Assembly: GCA_046598715.1 (NCBI GenBank)
Contig: JBKJIE010000097.1
Coordinates: forward strand, 1 to 63,660
Direction: 5' to 3'
Source: Acidimicrobiales bacterium
GTDB taxonomy: Bacteria; Actinomycetota; Acidimicrobiia; Acidimicrobiales; VFJN01
Length of the DNA: 63,660 nt
The notes under the pieces are model-generated. The model worked only from the letters and a program-made list of their open reading frames with translations, searched no databases and was not told where the DNA came from. Below are positions 8,954 to 17,030 of the stretch, piece after piece. Within the stretch, counting starts at the first letter, position 1. Every line of letters starts with the position of its first letter. A program made the position numbers and the translations under genes.

Positions 8954-11710
8954 CTACATCGCTGGGGGAGCGCAACCAAGCTCGGCGAGCACCGCTATCC
9001 CTTCGTCACGACGGTCGTCGATCAGGGCGAGCGTGCACGCCCACTCGAACCGCGCTCCGATGGCGTCCCAAGCAGCAAGCGACGCATCGAAGGCGGCCCG
9101 CTCGCCGGTGAGCCGGCCGAGGGCCCGCTGGGCGCACGCTGCGACCCAGTCGTTCTCACCGCCGAGGTCGAGCGCGTCCTCGACGACCGATGCCGCCTGG
9201 GGCCAGCCTGCGAGGATGACCGCCTCGGCGGCCACAGCGCGGGTGAAGCAGTGATACGACTCACTTGGGGACGCAGGCCGATCGGTCGCCCCCTTGACTA
9301 CCGAGACCGCGGCCTCGAGGTCGCCGCGATGGAGGGCCACTCGGAGATCGGCGAAGGAGGCAAAGCCCTGCATCCTCTCTCCGATCCGGCGCCCCAGCTC
9401 GAGCCACTCCTCTGCGTGGGGCTCGTCACCTTGGAGCTCATAGGACAGCGCCGTCGCTCGTGCTGCGGGCGCCATCCACCCAGCGGCTGGGCTCCCGGCG
9501 CGCTGCCACTCCTCTCGCATCACCTCGGCCTCTTGCTGCGCCACGGCAAATGCCCCCTGCAGCACGAGCGGGGTCACCAGATGGGCCGACCCCGCTATGT
9601 GCGCCATGCCGCGGTCACGGACCTCCTCCAGGACGAGTCGGGCGTAGTCGACCGCCGCGGGCAGCTGACCGGCGATGAGTGCCGCGTCGCTCGCCATGTG
9701 GACGATGTCGTTGACCTCCCCTCCGTTGACGGGCAGGTGGCGTGGCAGTCGACCGAGCAAGCGGAGGCGCTCGGCCTGGACGCGGGCCCCCTCCTTGAAG
9801 CGGCCGCGCTCGAGCGCTGCACATCCGACGGCGTCGAGTGCCGCGGAGAGCAGCGCGCCATCGTCGACCCGCTGGGCCAGCTCGAGCGCTTCTTGAGCGA
9901 GGTCGCCATCAGCCGTCGTCCCGGCCCCCCAGGGAGCGGCGACTGCGATGTGCGCCGCCACCATCAGGTCATGCTCCGGGGCGGCAGCTCGAGCGCGGGT
10001 CAGCCAGGCCGTGACGGTCTCGTCCGGCACCTCGGTGGGGAACTCGGCGGGGAAGCGCATCGCGAGCATCGCCGCCTTTGCGAGGGCCACCGCTGTGATC
10101 GAGGGGCCGCCCACGTCGGCCGCGCGCTCGAGCAGCTGCACTGCGACGTCGGCGCGCATGACGGCGAACGCCACCTCGGCCGCCGCAACGAGGGCTCCCG
10201 CTGACTCGTCGGGATCCGTTGCGCAATCGGCGGCGCGCTCATAGTGCGCCTGGGCTTCGGCGACGAAGCCGCGCGCATAGGTGAGGTGGCCGAGTGTGGC
10301 GTACATCGTAGGGACACGACCGTGCTCTGCGGCAGCCCGTAGATCATCGACGATGGCGTCGAACCGCTCCTGCCAGCTCTGCCCACCAACGAGGTCCTGT
10401 TCGAGCCGCTGCGCGGCGGCCACGGCCGCCTCGGCGAAGCGGCCGTTGACGGCCTCGCGCTCGTCGGACTCGGCCAGCCGTTCGCGCCCGTAGGCGTGCA
10501 CCGCTGCGAGCATCCGCCACCTCGTCGCATCTGCCGACTCGAGTCGCACCAGCAAGGACTTGTCTGTCAAGCGGCCGACGAGATCGGCAGCGACGGCCAC
10601 GTCTCGGGCAAGGACCGCCGCCGCAGCATCCAAGTCGAAGCCGCCAGCGAACACCGCGAGCTCCCGGAACGCCATGCGCTCTTCGTCGTCCAACAGCTGG
10701 TGGCTCCAGTCGATCACGGCGCGCAGCGAGCGATGGCGGTCGTGGGCCCCACCCGACGTCGCCAGCAGGCGGAGGTGATCGTCGAGCCCCTGCAGTAGCG
10801 CGTCGGCACCCAGGGATGCCGCCCGCGCCGCGGCCAGCTCGATGGCGAGTGGCATCCCTTCCACGCGCTGGCAGATGGCGGCGACAACTGAGAGGTCGGC
10901 CTTGAACCCCTGATGGGCTGCGAACACGCGCTCTTCGAAGAGTCGCTCGGCGTCCGACGGTCTGGTGGCGCCGCCGGATGCCCCGGCGACGGCGAGCGGC
11001 GACACCAGAACGATGTGCTCGCCCGGCACGCCGAGGCGTTCCCGACTGGTTGCCAGCACGACCAGGTCGGGACAGTCGCCCAGGGCGCGGTCGACGAACG
11101 CCGCCGCCGCTGCGAGCACGTGCTCGCAGTTGTCGAGGACGAGCAGCCTTCGTCCATCGCGGAGACGTTCGCGCACGGCATCGTCTATCCCAATGCCCGG
11201 TCGCTCCGTTGCTCCGACCGCCGCGGCCACCGCGTGCACGAGGTGGTCCGCGGTCGCCGGCACGAGGTCGACGAACGCTCCACCGAACGGGAAGGCCGGA
11301 CCGCTGCGCCGCGCCGCCTCTGTGGCGAGGCGAGTCTTGCCCATCCCACCGAGGCCGACGAGGGTGACGAGACGTCCGGCCTCGAGCGCGACGGCCAGCG
11401 CCGCAAGCTCTTCGGTGCGACCCACGAACGAGTCGCGGGCCGCCGGCAACCCAGTGACCGGTCGCCGCTCGCCGTCCGCCGGCTGGAGGACCGTGGCCTG
11501 TGCGGCGAGCTCGCCCCGGTCGCTGGCGTCGAGCTTCCTCAACAGCGATGAGACGTGGCTCTCGACCGTCCGCACCGACAGATGAAGACTCGCCGCGATC
11601 TCGGCGTTCGTGAGCCTCCCGCCGAGCGCGGCGAGCACCTCCCGCTCCCGGGGTGAGAGCGACGCCGGGCCGACGCCTGTGCGGCCCCCGGCGACGGCGC
11701 GTCCTCCCAT
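8954..11710 (-). CDS. LuxR-family regulator: N-terminal HTH fused to an NB-ARC/STAND ATPase and TPR-like repeats
   Basis: LSPREREVL...NAEIAASLHLSVRTVESHVSSLLRKL is followed by P-loop GLGGMGKTRLA and Walker B LLVLDNCEH, then a long helical repeat region. The Met at 11710 is preferred over 11869. Confidence 0.8.
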   Translation of the reverse strand: MGGRAVAGGRTGVGPASLSPREREVLAALGGRLTNAEIAASLHLSVRTVESHVSSLLRKLDASDRGELAAQATVLQPADGERRPVTGLPAARDSFVGRTEELAALAVALEAGRLVTLVGLGGMGKTRLATEAARRSGPAFPFGGAFVDLVPATADHLVHAVAAAVGATERPGIGIDDAVRERLRDGRRLLVLDNCEHVLAAAAAFVDRALGDCPDLVVLATSRERLGVPGEHIVLVSPLAVAGASGGATRPSDAERLFEERVFAAHQGFKADLSVVAAICQRVEGMPLAIELAAARAASLGADALLQGLDDHLRLLATSGGAHDRHRSLRAVIDWSHQLLDDEERMAFRELAVFAGGFDLDAAAAVLARDVAVAADLVGRLTDKSLLVRLESADATRWRMLAAVHAYGRERLAESDEREAVNGRFAEAAVAAAQRLEQDLVGGQSWQERFDAIVDDLRAAAEHGRVPTMYATLGHLTYARGFVAEAQAHYERAADCATDPDESAGALVAAAEVAFAVMRADVAVQLLERAADVGGPSITAVALAKAAMLAMRFPAEFPTEVPDETVTAWLTRARAAAPEHDLMVAAHIAVAAPWGAGTTADGDLAQEALELAQRVDDGALLSAALDAVGCAALERGRFKEGARVQAERLRLLGRLPRHLPVNGGEVNDIVHMASDAALIAGQLPAAVDYARLVLEEVRDRGMAHIAGSAHLVTPLVLQGAFAVAQQEAEVMREEWQRAGSPAAGWMAPAARATALSYELQGDEPHAEEWLELGRRIGERMQGFASFADLRVALHRGDLEAAVSVVKGATDRPASPSESYHCFTRAVAAEAVILAGWPQAASVVEDALDLGGENDWVAACAQRALGRLTGERAAFDASLAAWDAIGARFEWACTLALIDDRRDEGIAVLAELGCAPPAM

Positions 11711-11768
11711 GACCGCGATCTTCGCAGACCACGACGTCTCAGAGACGCCGGCGAGGGGCCTCCGTGAC

Positions 11769-11801
11769 GGTTCCGTGGTTCCTACGTGGTGGTTCCGTGG
11801 T
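11769..11801. promoter_or_regulatory. Phased direct repeats (GGTTCCGTGGT x2; CGTGGT x3 at 11-bp spacing)
   Basis: CGTGGT occurs at 11774, 11785 and 11796. The repeats sit in the divergent spacer between the LuxR-STAND gene and a small ORF. Confidence 0.3.
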
Positions 11802-11871
11802 CGTCCCCGATGGATCGGCGCCCGCCGAGGCACACGATGCAGCCAGAGCGACCCAAGCCATGGAGGCACCG

Positions 11872-12063
11872 ATGATCCCGTACATCGTAACGACGACCCT
11901 TGTAAACGACCGCCGCGAGGCCCTCATCCGTGATGCGCAGGTCCACCGGCTGGCCGCCGAAGCCGCCGGCGCCCGACGCGCCCGACGCGCCCGGGACACA
12001 TCGTCGGAGCGTCGGCCGGTAGCTGCCGTGCTCCGAGGATGGCGCATCACCCTCACCGGGTGA
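11872..12063 (+). CDS. Small basic hypothetical protein (63 aa)
   Basis: ATG at 11872 lies 5 nt after GGAGG. The sequence MIPYIVTTTLVNDRREALIRDAQVHRLAAEA... resembles small Arg-rich actinobacterial proteins. No family assignment. Confidence 0.45.
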   Translation: MIPYIVTTTLVNDRREALIRDAQVHRLAAEAAGARRARRARDTSSERRPVAAVLRGWRITLTG

Positions 12064-12095
12064 GCCCGCGATGCAGATGGACGCGCCAGCCCTCG

Positions 12096-13421
12096 TCAGG
12101 CGTTCTTGGGCAGGTCCTTGAAGGCGGCGACCTTGTCGCTGTTGGCTTCCTTGGGGAGGCCCAGCACGCGCTCGCCGATGATGTTGCGCTGCACCTGATC
12201 GGTACCGCCGTAGATGGGCGGTGCCTGCGCGAACAGGGCCATGCTCGTGACCATCGCGGTGAAGGGGTTGCCCGTGGCGTCGTTCAGCGGCTTCTGGTCC
12301 TCACCCTTGTAGGCGTGGAGCGTGCCGTAGGGCCCGATGATGCGCAGGCCGATGTCGCGCTGCTGACGGACGATCTCGCTCATCGACAGCTTCGAGATGT
12401 TGGGGAGACCGGGCACGTCCTGGCCGATGGCCTTGGCCGCCTTGGCGCGGAGGTTGTTGAAGCGGCCCAGCTCGTTCAGCGTGTGCAGCTTCATGAGGTC
12501 CTGGCGAACAGTGGGATCGCTGATCTTGCCGTTGCCCTTGGCCAGCTCGACGAGGAGCTTGTAGCCCGCCGCGAACATGCCGCCGGCACTGCCACCGCGC
12601 TTCGGCGCCCCACCTGACGAGACGAAGTCGCCCGCGCGCTTGGCCAGATCGTTGACCACCGTACCGGGCGTGGCGGCCCCCGCCGCGGCGTGACCGCCAC
12701 CGGATCCAAGGCCAGCTCGCTCGTTCATCAGCGTCGTGTTGGCGACGGCCCAACCGTTGTTGAGCCCGCCGATCATCGCGCTGTCGGGGACGACGGCCTC
12801 CTCCATGAAGACCTCGTTGAACATCGCGTGCCCGGTCATCTCCACGAGCGGGCGGATGTCGATGCCCTTCTGGTGCATGTCGATGCCGAAGTAGGTGATG
12901 CCCTGGTGCTTGGGGACGTCGGGGTCGGTGCGGGCGATGAGCATGCCCATGTCCGCGACCTGCCCTCCGGAGGTCCACACCTTCTGGCCGGTGACGATCC
13001 ACTCGTCGCCGTCCTTGATGGCCTTGCTCTGCAGGCCGGCGAGGTCGGAGCCGGCGCCCGGCTCGCTGAACAGCTGGCACCAGGCCTTCTGACCGGTGAC
13101 GATGTCGCGCACGAACAGGTCGATCTGCTCCTGCGTGCCGTGAGCGGCGATCGTGGGGGCGGCGAGCAGCAGCCCGAGCCCGCCAGGAGCGCCCAGTGCA
13201 CCGAACTCGGCGATGGCGTTCTGCACAGCGACGGCGTCGTTGCGGTTCAGGCCCTTGCCGTACGCGTTCTCCGGGAGACCAGGTGCGGCCCACCCCGCGA
13301 GGCCGAGGCGTTCCCACCACTCGGCAACGGTGATGTCCGGATCCCAGTTCTCCTCGAGCCAGGCGGTGACCTCGCCGACTGCGTCGATGGACTGGTTCGT
13401 GCGCTCTGCGGTGTCGGTCAT
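12096..13421 (-). CDS. Acyl-CoA dehydrogenase
   Basis: QLFSEPGAGSDLAGL...DGDEWIVTGQKVWTS and C-terminal IYGGT.QVQRNIIGERVLGLP. The Met at 13421 is preferred. Confidence 0.9.
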   Translation of the reverse strand: MTDTAERTNQSIDAVGEVTAWLEENWDPDITVAEWWERLGLAGWAAPGLPENAYGKGLNRNDAVAVQNAIAEFGALGAPGGLGLLLAAPTIAAHGTQEQIDLFVRDIVTGQKAWCQLFSEPGAGSDLAGLQSKAIKDGDEWIVTGQKVWTSGGQVADMGMLIARTDPDVPKHQGITYFGIDMHQKGIDIRPLVEMTGHAMFNEVFMEEAVVPDSAMIGGLNNGWAVANTTLMNERAGLGSGGGHAAAGAATPGTVVNDLAKRAGDFVSSGGAPKRGGSAGGMFAAGYKLLVELAKGNGKISDPTVRQDLMKLHTLNELGRFNNLRAKAAKAIGQDVPGLPNISKLSMSEIVRQQRDIGLRIIGPYGTLHAYKGEDQKPLNDATGNPFTAMVTSMALFAQAPPIYGGTDQVQRNIIGERVLGLPKEANSDKVAAFKDLPKNA

Positions 13422-13488
13422 CGCTCCCCCTGGGTTGGCCTGGTGACCGGCTGACGGCACCTAGGCAAGCGCGATCTTGACCCGTCGG

Positions 13489-14511
13489 TCAAGTCTGGCG
13501 GGCGCGACTCGGCGGGACCCGCGGGGGCTCGTTCGGCTGCTTCGGGTACGCGGGTGGCCAAGGGGCGTCCATGAACCCGTGGGAGAGGTCGTGACGCGAG
13601 CGCTCGAGCAGCGGTTCGAGGTCCTGTGGGCGGCTGGGCTTGTCGGCCCAGGGGTCGCCGCTGGCGGTCAGGCGGCCCGGCACGGTGGCGATGGTGAGGT
13701 CGTCGGGCACGACGTCATCGAGCTCGCCCCATGCGATTGGCGTCGACACCTGGGCCCCCACCCGGGGACGCGCGCACCAAGCACCGAACACCGTCTTGTG
13801 TGGCGCGTTCTGGTTGAAGTCGACGAACACGCGCGCCCCACGCTCCTCCTTCCACCACTGGGCAGTGATCAGATCGGGGTGTCGACGTTCGAGCTCGCGC
13901 GCCAGCGCCACCGCGGCAGCCCGCACCTCGTAGCTGTCCCATTGCGGTAGCAGCCCGACGTAGATGTGCAGACCCCGGGAGCCCGACGTCTTCAACCAGG
14001 CCTGCATGCCGAGCTCCTCGAAGAAGGAGTGGACGAGCGAGGCCGCGTGCCGCAGGTCGTCGAAGTCGACACCCGGCGAGGGATCGAGATCGATCCGCAG
14101 CTCGTCGGCGATGTCGGGTGTGGCGGCGTGAGTGGGCCACACGTGGAAGCCCAGGCAGCCCTGGTTCACGGCCCAGAGGATGTGGGCCAGGTCGGCGGCG
14201 ACGAGCGCATCACTGGTGGTGCCGTTCGGTGTCGACACGACCGTTGTGGTGAGCCACGGCGGCGCCGACGCGGGGACGCGCTTCTGGAAGAAGGACTTGC
14301 CTCCGGCACCGTCTGGGTAGCGCTCGAGCAGCACCGGCCGCCCGCCGATCGTGGCCAGCAGGGGATCCGCCACCGCCTGGTAGTAGCGCACGAGGTCGAG
14401 CTTGGTCTCGCCGCGCTGCGGGAAGAACACCTTGTCGGGGTGGGTGATCGTGACCTCAGTCCCTCCAGCATCGATGGTGATCGAACCAGCCACGGCGCCA
14501 GTGTGGCCCAC
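13489..14511 (-). CDS. Stand-alone LigD-type NHEJ polymerase/primase domain protein
   Basis: Motifs THPDKVFFP, LDLVRYY, LKTSGSRGLHIYV and VFVDFNQNA. GTG at 14511 gives about 340 aa and avoids the divergent neighbour; the ORF-track start at 14838 is an antisense extension. Confidence 0.85.
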   Translation of the reverse strand: MGHTGAVAGSITIDAGGTEVTITHPDKVFFPQRGETKLDLVRYYQAVADPLLATIGGRPVLLERYPDGAGGKSFFQKRVPASAPPWLTTTVVSTPNGTTSDALVAADLAHILWAVNQGCLGFHVWPTHAATPDIADELRIDLDPSPGVDFDDLRHAASLVHSFFEELGMQAWLKTSGSRGLHIYVGLLPQWDSYEVRAAAVALARELERRHPDLITAQWWKEERGARVFVDFNQNAPHKTVFGAWCARPRVGAQVSTPIAWGELDDVVPDDLTIATVPGRLTASGDPWADKPSRPQDLEPLLERSRHDLSHGFMDAPWPPAYPKQPNEPPRVPPSRARQT

Positions 14512-14577
14512 CGAAACGGGCACGCAGGCGCCATCCCCGGCAGACTTGTCGCCGGCCACCTGGCCGACCCCACCGGC

Positions 14578-16344
14578 ATGGCGCGCTCTCTTCGAGACAT
14601 CCCCGGGTCGAACCGCCCGCGCAAGCGGTTCACCAGCAACCGGGAGCGCGACCTGTGGGCACCAGCGCGCTCGTTCAACCTCGACCTCACGCCCCGCGCG
14701 CTGCGGCTCGACCGCGTTCGGTTCCACCCGAATCGCGCTCGCCCGAGGCTCGATCTCGGCATCCTCGTGATCGGGGCCGCCGCCCTCGGGTTGATCGTCT
14801 GGATGGGTACGTCGTTCTGGAGCGCCACCCGCGTGCACGTAGCGCTGGAGGGCCTGATCGATGGCACGCCGTTCACGCCGGATGCCGCCAAGGGGCTCGA
14901 CATCTCGATCAGCGTCCCTGGCGCGGACGACCGCTTCCGATCAGCGCTCACCGTCGATGGGATCGACGTGCTCGAGACGGTCCCGTTCGTCGGCGACACC
15001 CTCCACGTGCGGCCGACCGAGCTGGTGCGCTCGAAGCTCGTGGAGGGGGCGCTCGACGAGGGCGAGCACGCCATCACCCTGTCCGTCGGCCGCATCTTCC
15101 TGTCCGACGCCGTGTTCAGCTGGCACTACGCCGTCGACAGCGTGCCTCCGCTGCTCCAGCTGCCGTCGAGCCTCGATCCCGTTCCCATCGACCGACCCGT
15201 CACCGTGCGGGGCAAGGTCGAGGCTGGAGCAACGCTCCGGTTCGCGCACAAGCAGCTGGACACGAAGGGCGGCCGCTTTGCCGAACGATTCGCTCACCCA
15301 CCCACCGGGCCCCTGCGCTTCGAAGCCACAGATCGGGCTGGCAACCGGAGCGTGACCGAGTCGGTCGTGCCCGTGATCTACCCGGCCTCGTCCCGTGGGG
15401 TGCATGTGACGGCAGCCGCCTGGGGCAACGACGCCCTCCGCGCCGCCGTGCTCGACCTGGTCGATAGCGGCCTGATCGACACGGTCGAGCTCGACCTCAA
15501 GGACGAGCGCGGGGTCATCGGCTACACGTCGCACGTTCCGCTGGCCAAGCGCATCGGTGCCGTCCACGCCCAGTTCGATCTCGCCAAGGCGGTGCGGCTG
15601 CTCGAGGCCCGTCACGTGCGGGTGATCGGACGACTGGTCGCCTTCCGGGATCCGGTCTTGGCTGACGCGGCGTGGGCCGAGGGCAAGAAGGACGAGGTGC
15701 TGCAGACCCCGTCTGGCGAGATGCTGGGCGCGTACGGCGGGTTCACCAACTACGTCGATCCCACCGTGCGGAGGTACAACCTCGACATCGCTCTCGAGGC
15801 GGTGCGGCTGGGCGTGCACGACATCCTCTGGGACTACATCCGGCGGCCCGAGGGCGCCCCGGACACGATGGTCGTACCCGGCCTCTCTGGCCCCAGCTCC
15901 GACGTCGTCACCGCCTTCCTCGCGGACACCCACGAGGCGCTCCGGGCGAAGGGCGCCTACCAGGGAGCATCGGTGTTCGGGATCGCGGCTGCCTCCGGTG
16001 ACGCGATCGCCCAGGACGTTCCCGCCATGGCACGGGTGGTCGACTACCTGGCGCCGATGATCTACCCATCGCACTGGGGCGCTGGGCAATACCGGGTGGC
16101 CAGCCCGATCCGCGAACCCTTCGAGATCACGAAGCGGTCGCTGGCTGACTTTCAACGGGTGGCGGCGGGCTCCGGCGTGCGGCTCCTGCCGTGGATCCAA
16201 GACTTCTCCCTCTACGGCGTCGTGTACGGCCCCGCCGAGGTTCGCGCCCAGCTCGACGCGGCCGCGTCACTCGGCATCACGGGATTCCTCCTCTGGAACC
16301 CCAACGCCCGCTACACCGCGACCGCCCTCACGCCCATCGGCTGA
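14578..16344 (+). CDS. Membrane-anchored putative glycoside hydrolase-like TIM-barrel protein (DUF4015/COG1306-like)
   Basis: One N-terminal TM helix, a beta-rich region, then VELDLKDE.G..GY, ILWDYIR.P, APMIYPSHW and GFLLWNP. The start is uncertain (14578 or later). Confidence 0.7.
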   Translation: MARSLRDIPGSNRPRKRFTSNRERDLWAPARSFNLDLTPRALRLDRVRFHPNRARPRLDLGILVIGAAALGLIVWMGTSFWSATRVHVALEGLIDGTPFTPDAAKGLDISISVPGADDRFRSALTVDGIDVLETVPFVGDTLHVRPTELVRSKLVEGALDEGEHAITLSVGRIFLSDAVFSWHYAVDSVPPLLQLPSSLDPVPIDRPVTVRGKVEAGATLRFAHKQLDTKGGRFAERFAHPPTGPLRFEATDRAGNRSVTESVVPVIYPASSRGVHVTAAAWGNDALRAAVLDLVDSGLIDTVELDLKDERGVIGYTSHVPLAKRIGAVHAQFDLAKAVRLLEARHVRVIGRLVAFRDPVLADAAWAEGKKDEVLQTPSGEMLGAYGGFTNYVDPTVRRYNLDIALEAVRLGVHDILWDYIRRPEGAPDTMVVPGLSGPSSDVVTAFLADTHEALRAKGAYQGASVFGIAAASGDAIAQDVPAMARVVDYLAPMIYPSHWGAGQYRVASPIREPFEITKRSLADFQRVAAGSGVRLLPWIQDFSLYGVVYGPAEVRAQLDAAASLGITGFLLWNPNARYTATALTPIG

Positions 16345-16402
16345 GGACCTCGTCGCCCTCGGTTGATCCGACCTCGTCGGTGAACGTGACCGTCCTCCAG
16401 GT

Positions 16403-16948
16403 TCAGGAGTGGCGGACCATCGCGGCGTAGGCCGTCTCCACGTCCCAGACGTGATGCACAGGGTCGTGCAGCGCGTAACGAGCCATGCTGGCCACCGTGA
16501 AGCGGACGCCATCGCTCCGGCGGCCGGGACGCAGCCACTGGTCCCCCACGACCGCATCGAAGCCGTCGGCCAGCACGGCCGCGGCAGCAACGATCTCGCC
16601 GGCGACGACCGTCGGGTCCTGCTCGCCGTACCGCTCCTCGATGGCCGTCACGTCCTGGTCCCAGTTGTCGAAGGTTGGATCGGCCTCCGCGAGGAGCAAC
16701 GCGAGGCGTTGGTCGAAGCGCCGAAACGCGTCGCGGACGTGGCAGCCGTACTCGAGCGCCGACCACTGGTCGTCCGACGGCCGCTGCGCTGCGGCCGGAT
16801 GGTCGAGGAGAGAGGCCCAGGACGCCGCGTTCGCACGTAGGCGGTCGGCCACCGTCTCTGGCGCGACGTCTCGCAGGTCGAGGCCGCACGCGGGGCACGG
16901 ACGGTCGAGCACCCACGTCCAGTCCTTGTCATCGGGCACGATCGGCAT
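16403..16948 (-). CDS. DinB-family (DinB_2-like) protein
   Basis: CPACG near the N-terminus, a helical bundle with a WSALEYGCHVRD motif and a C-terminal HDPVHH motif. The Met at 16948 is preferred. Confidence 0.75.
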   Translation of the reverse strand: MPIVPDDKDWTWVLDRPCPACGLDLRDVAPETVADRLRANAASWASLLDHPAAAQRPSDDQWSALEYGCHVRDAFRRFDQRLALLLAEADPTFDNWDQDVTAIEERYGEQDPTVVAGEIVAAAAVLADGFDAVVGDQWLRPGRRSDGVRFTVASMARYALHDPVHHVWDVETAYAAMVRHS

Positions 16949-17030
16949 GTCGCCGATGATGCCCACCGCCCGACGTCCGCGCCACGGCCGATCCCGCCGC
17001 GATGCGCGCCGTTCCTGCCGAGCGTGCACC

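Noticed and set aside
8591-10204. Long ORFs antisense to or out of frame with real genes. Examples: 8591-10204 (+), 10344-11732 (-), 18797-20683 (+), 25058-26638 (-), 30273-32390 (+), 34980-36692 (-), 36668-38572 (-), 61871-63052 (-).
   Set aside because: Their products are Arg/Pro/Gly/Ala-rich low-complexity strings with no recognisable motifs. Each fully overlaps a gene with clear family signatures. Such shadow ORFs are expected when stop codons are rare in very GC-rich DNA.
13966-14577. N-terminal extensions of the glycoside-hydrolase-like ORF (from 13966) and of the LigD-Pol ORF (up to 14838).
   Set aside because: The two extensions are antisense to each other's real coding regions and have nonsense-like composition. 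Internal starts (14578 and GTG 14511) give non-overlapping divergent genes of typical length.
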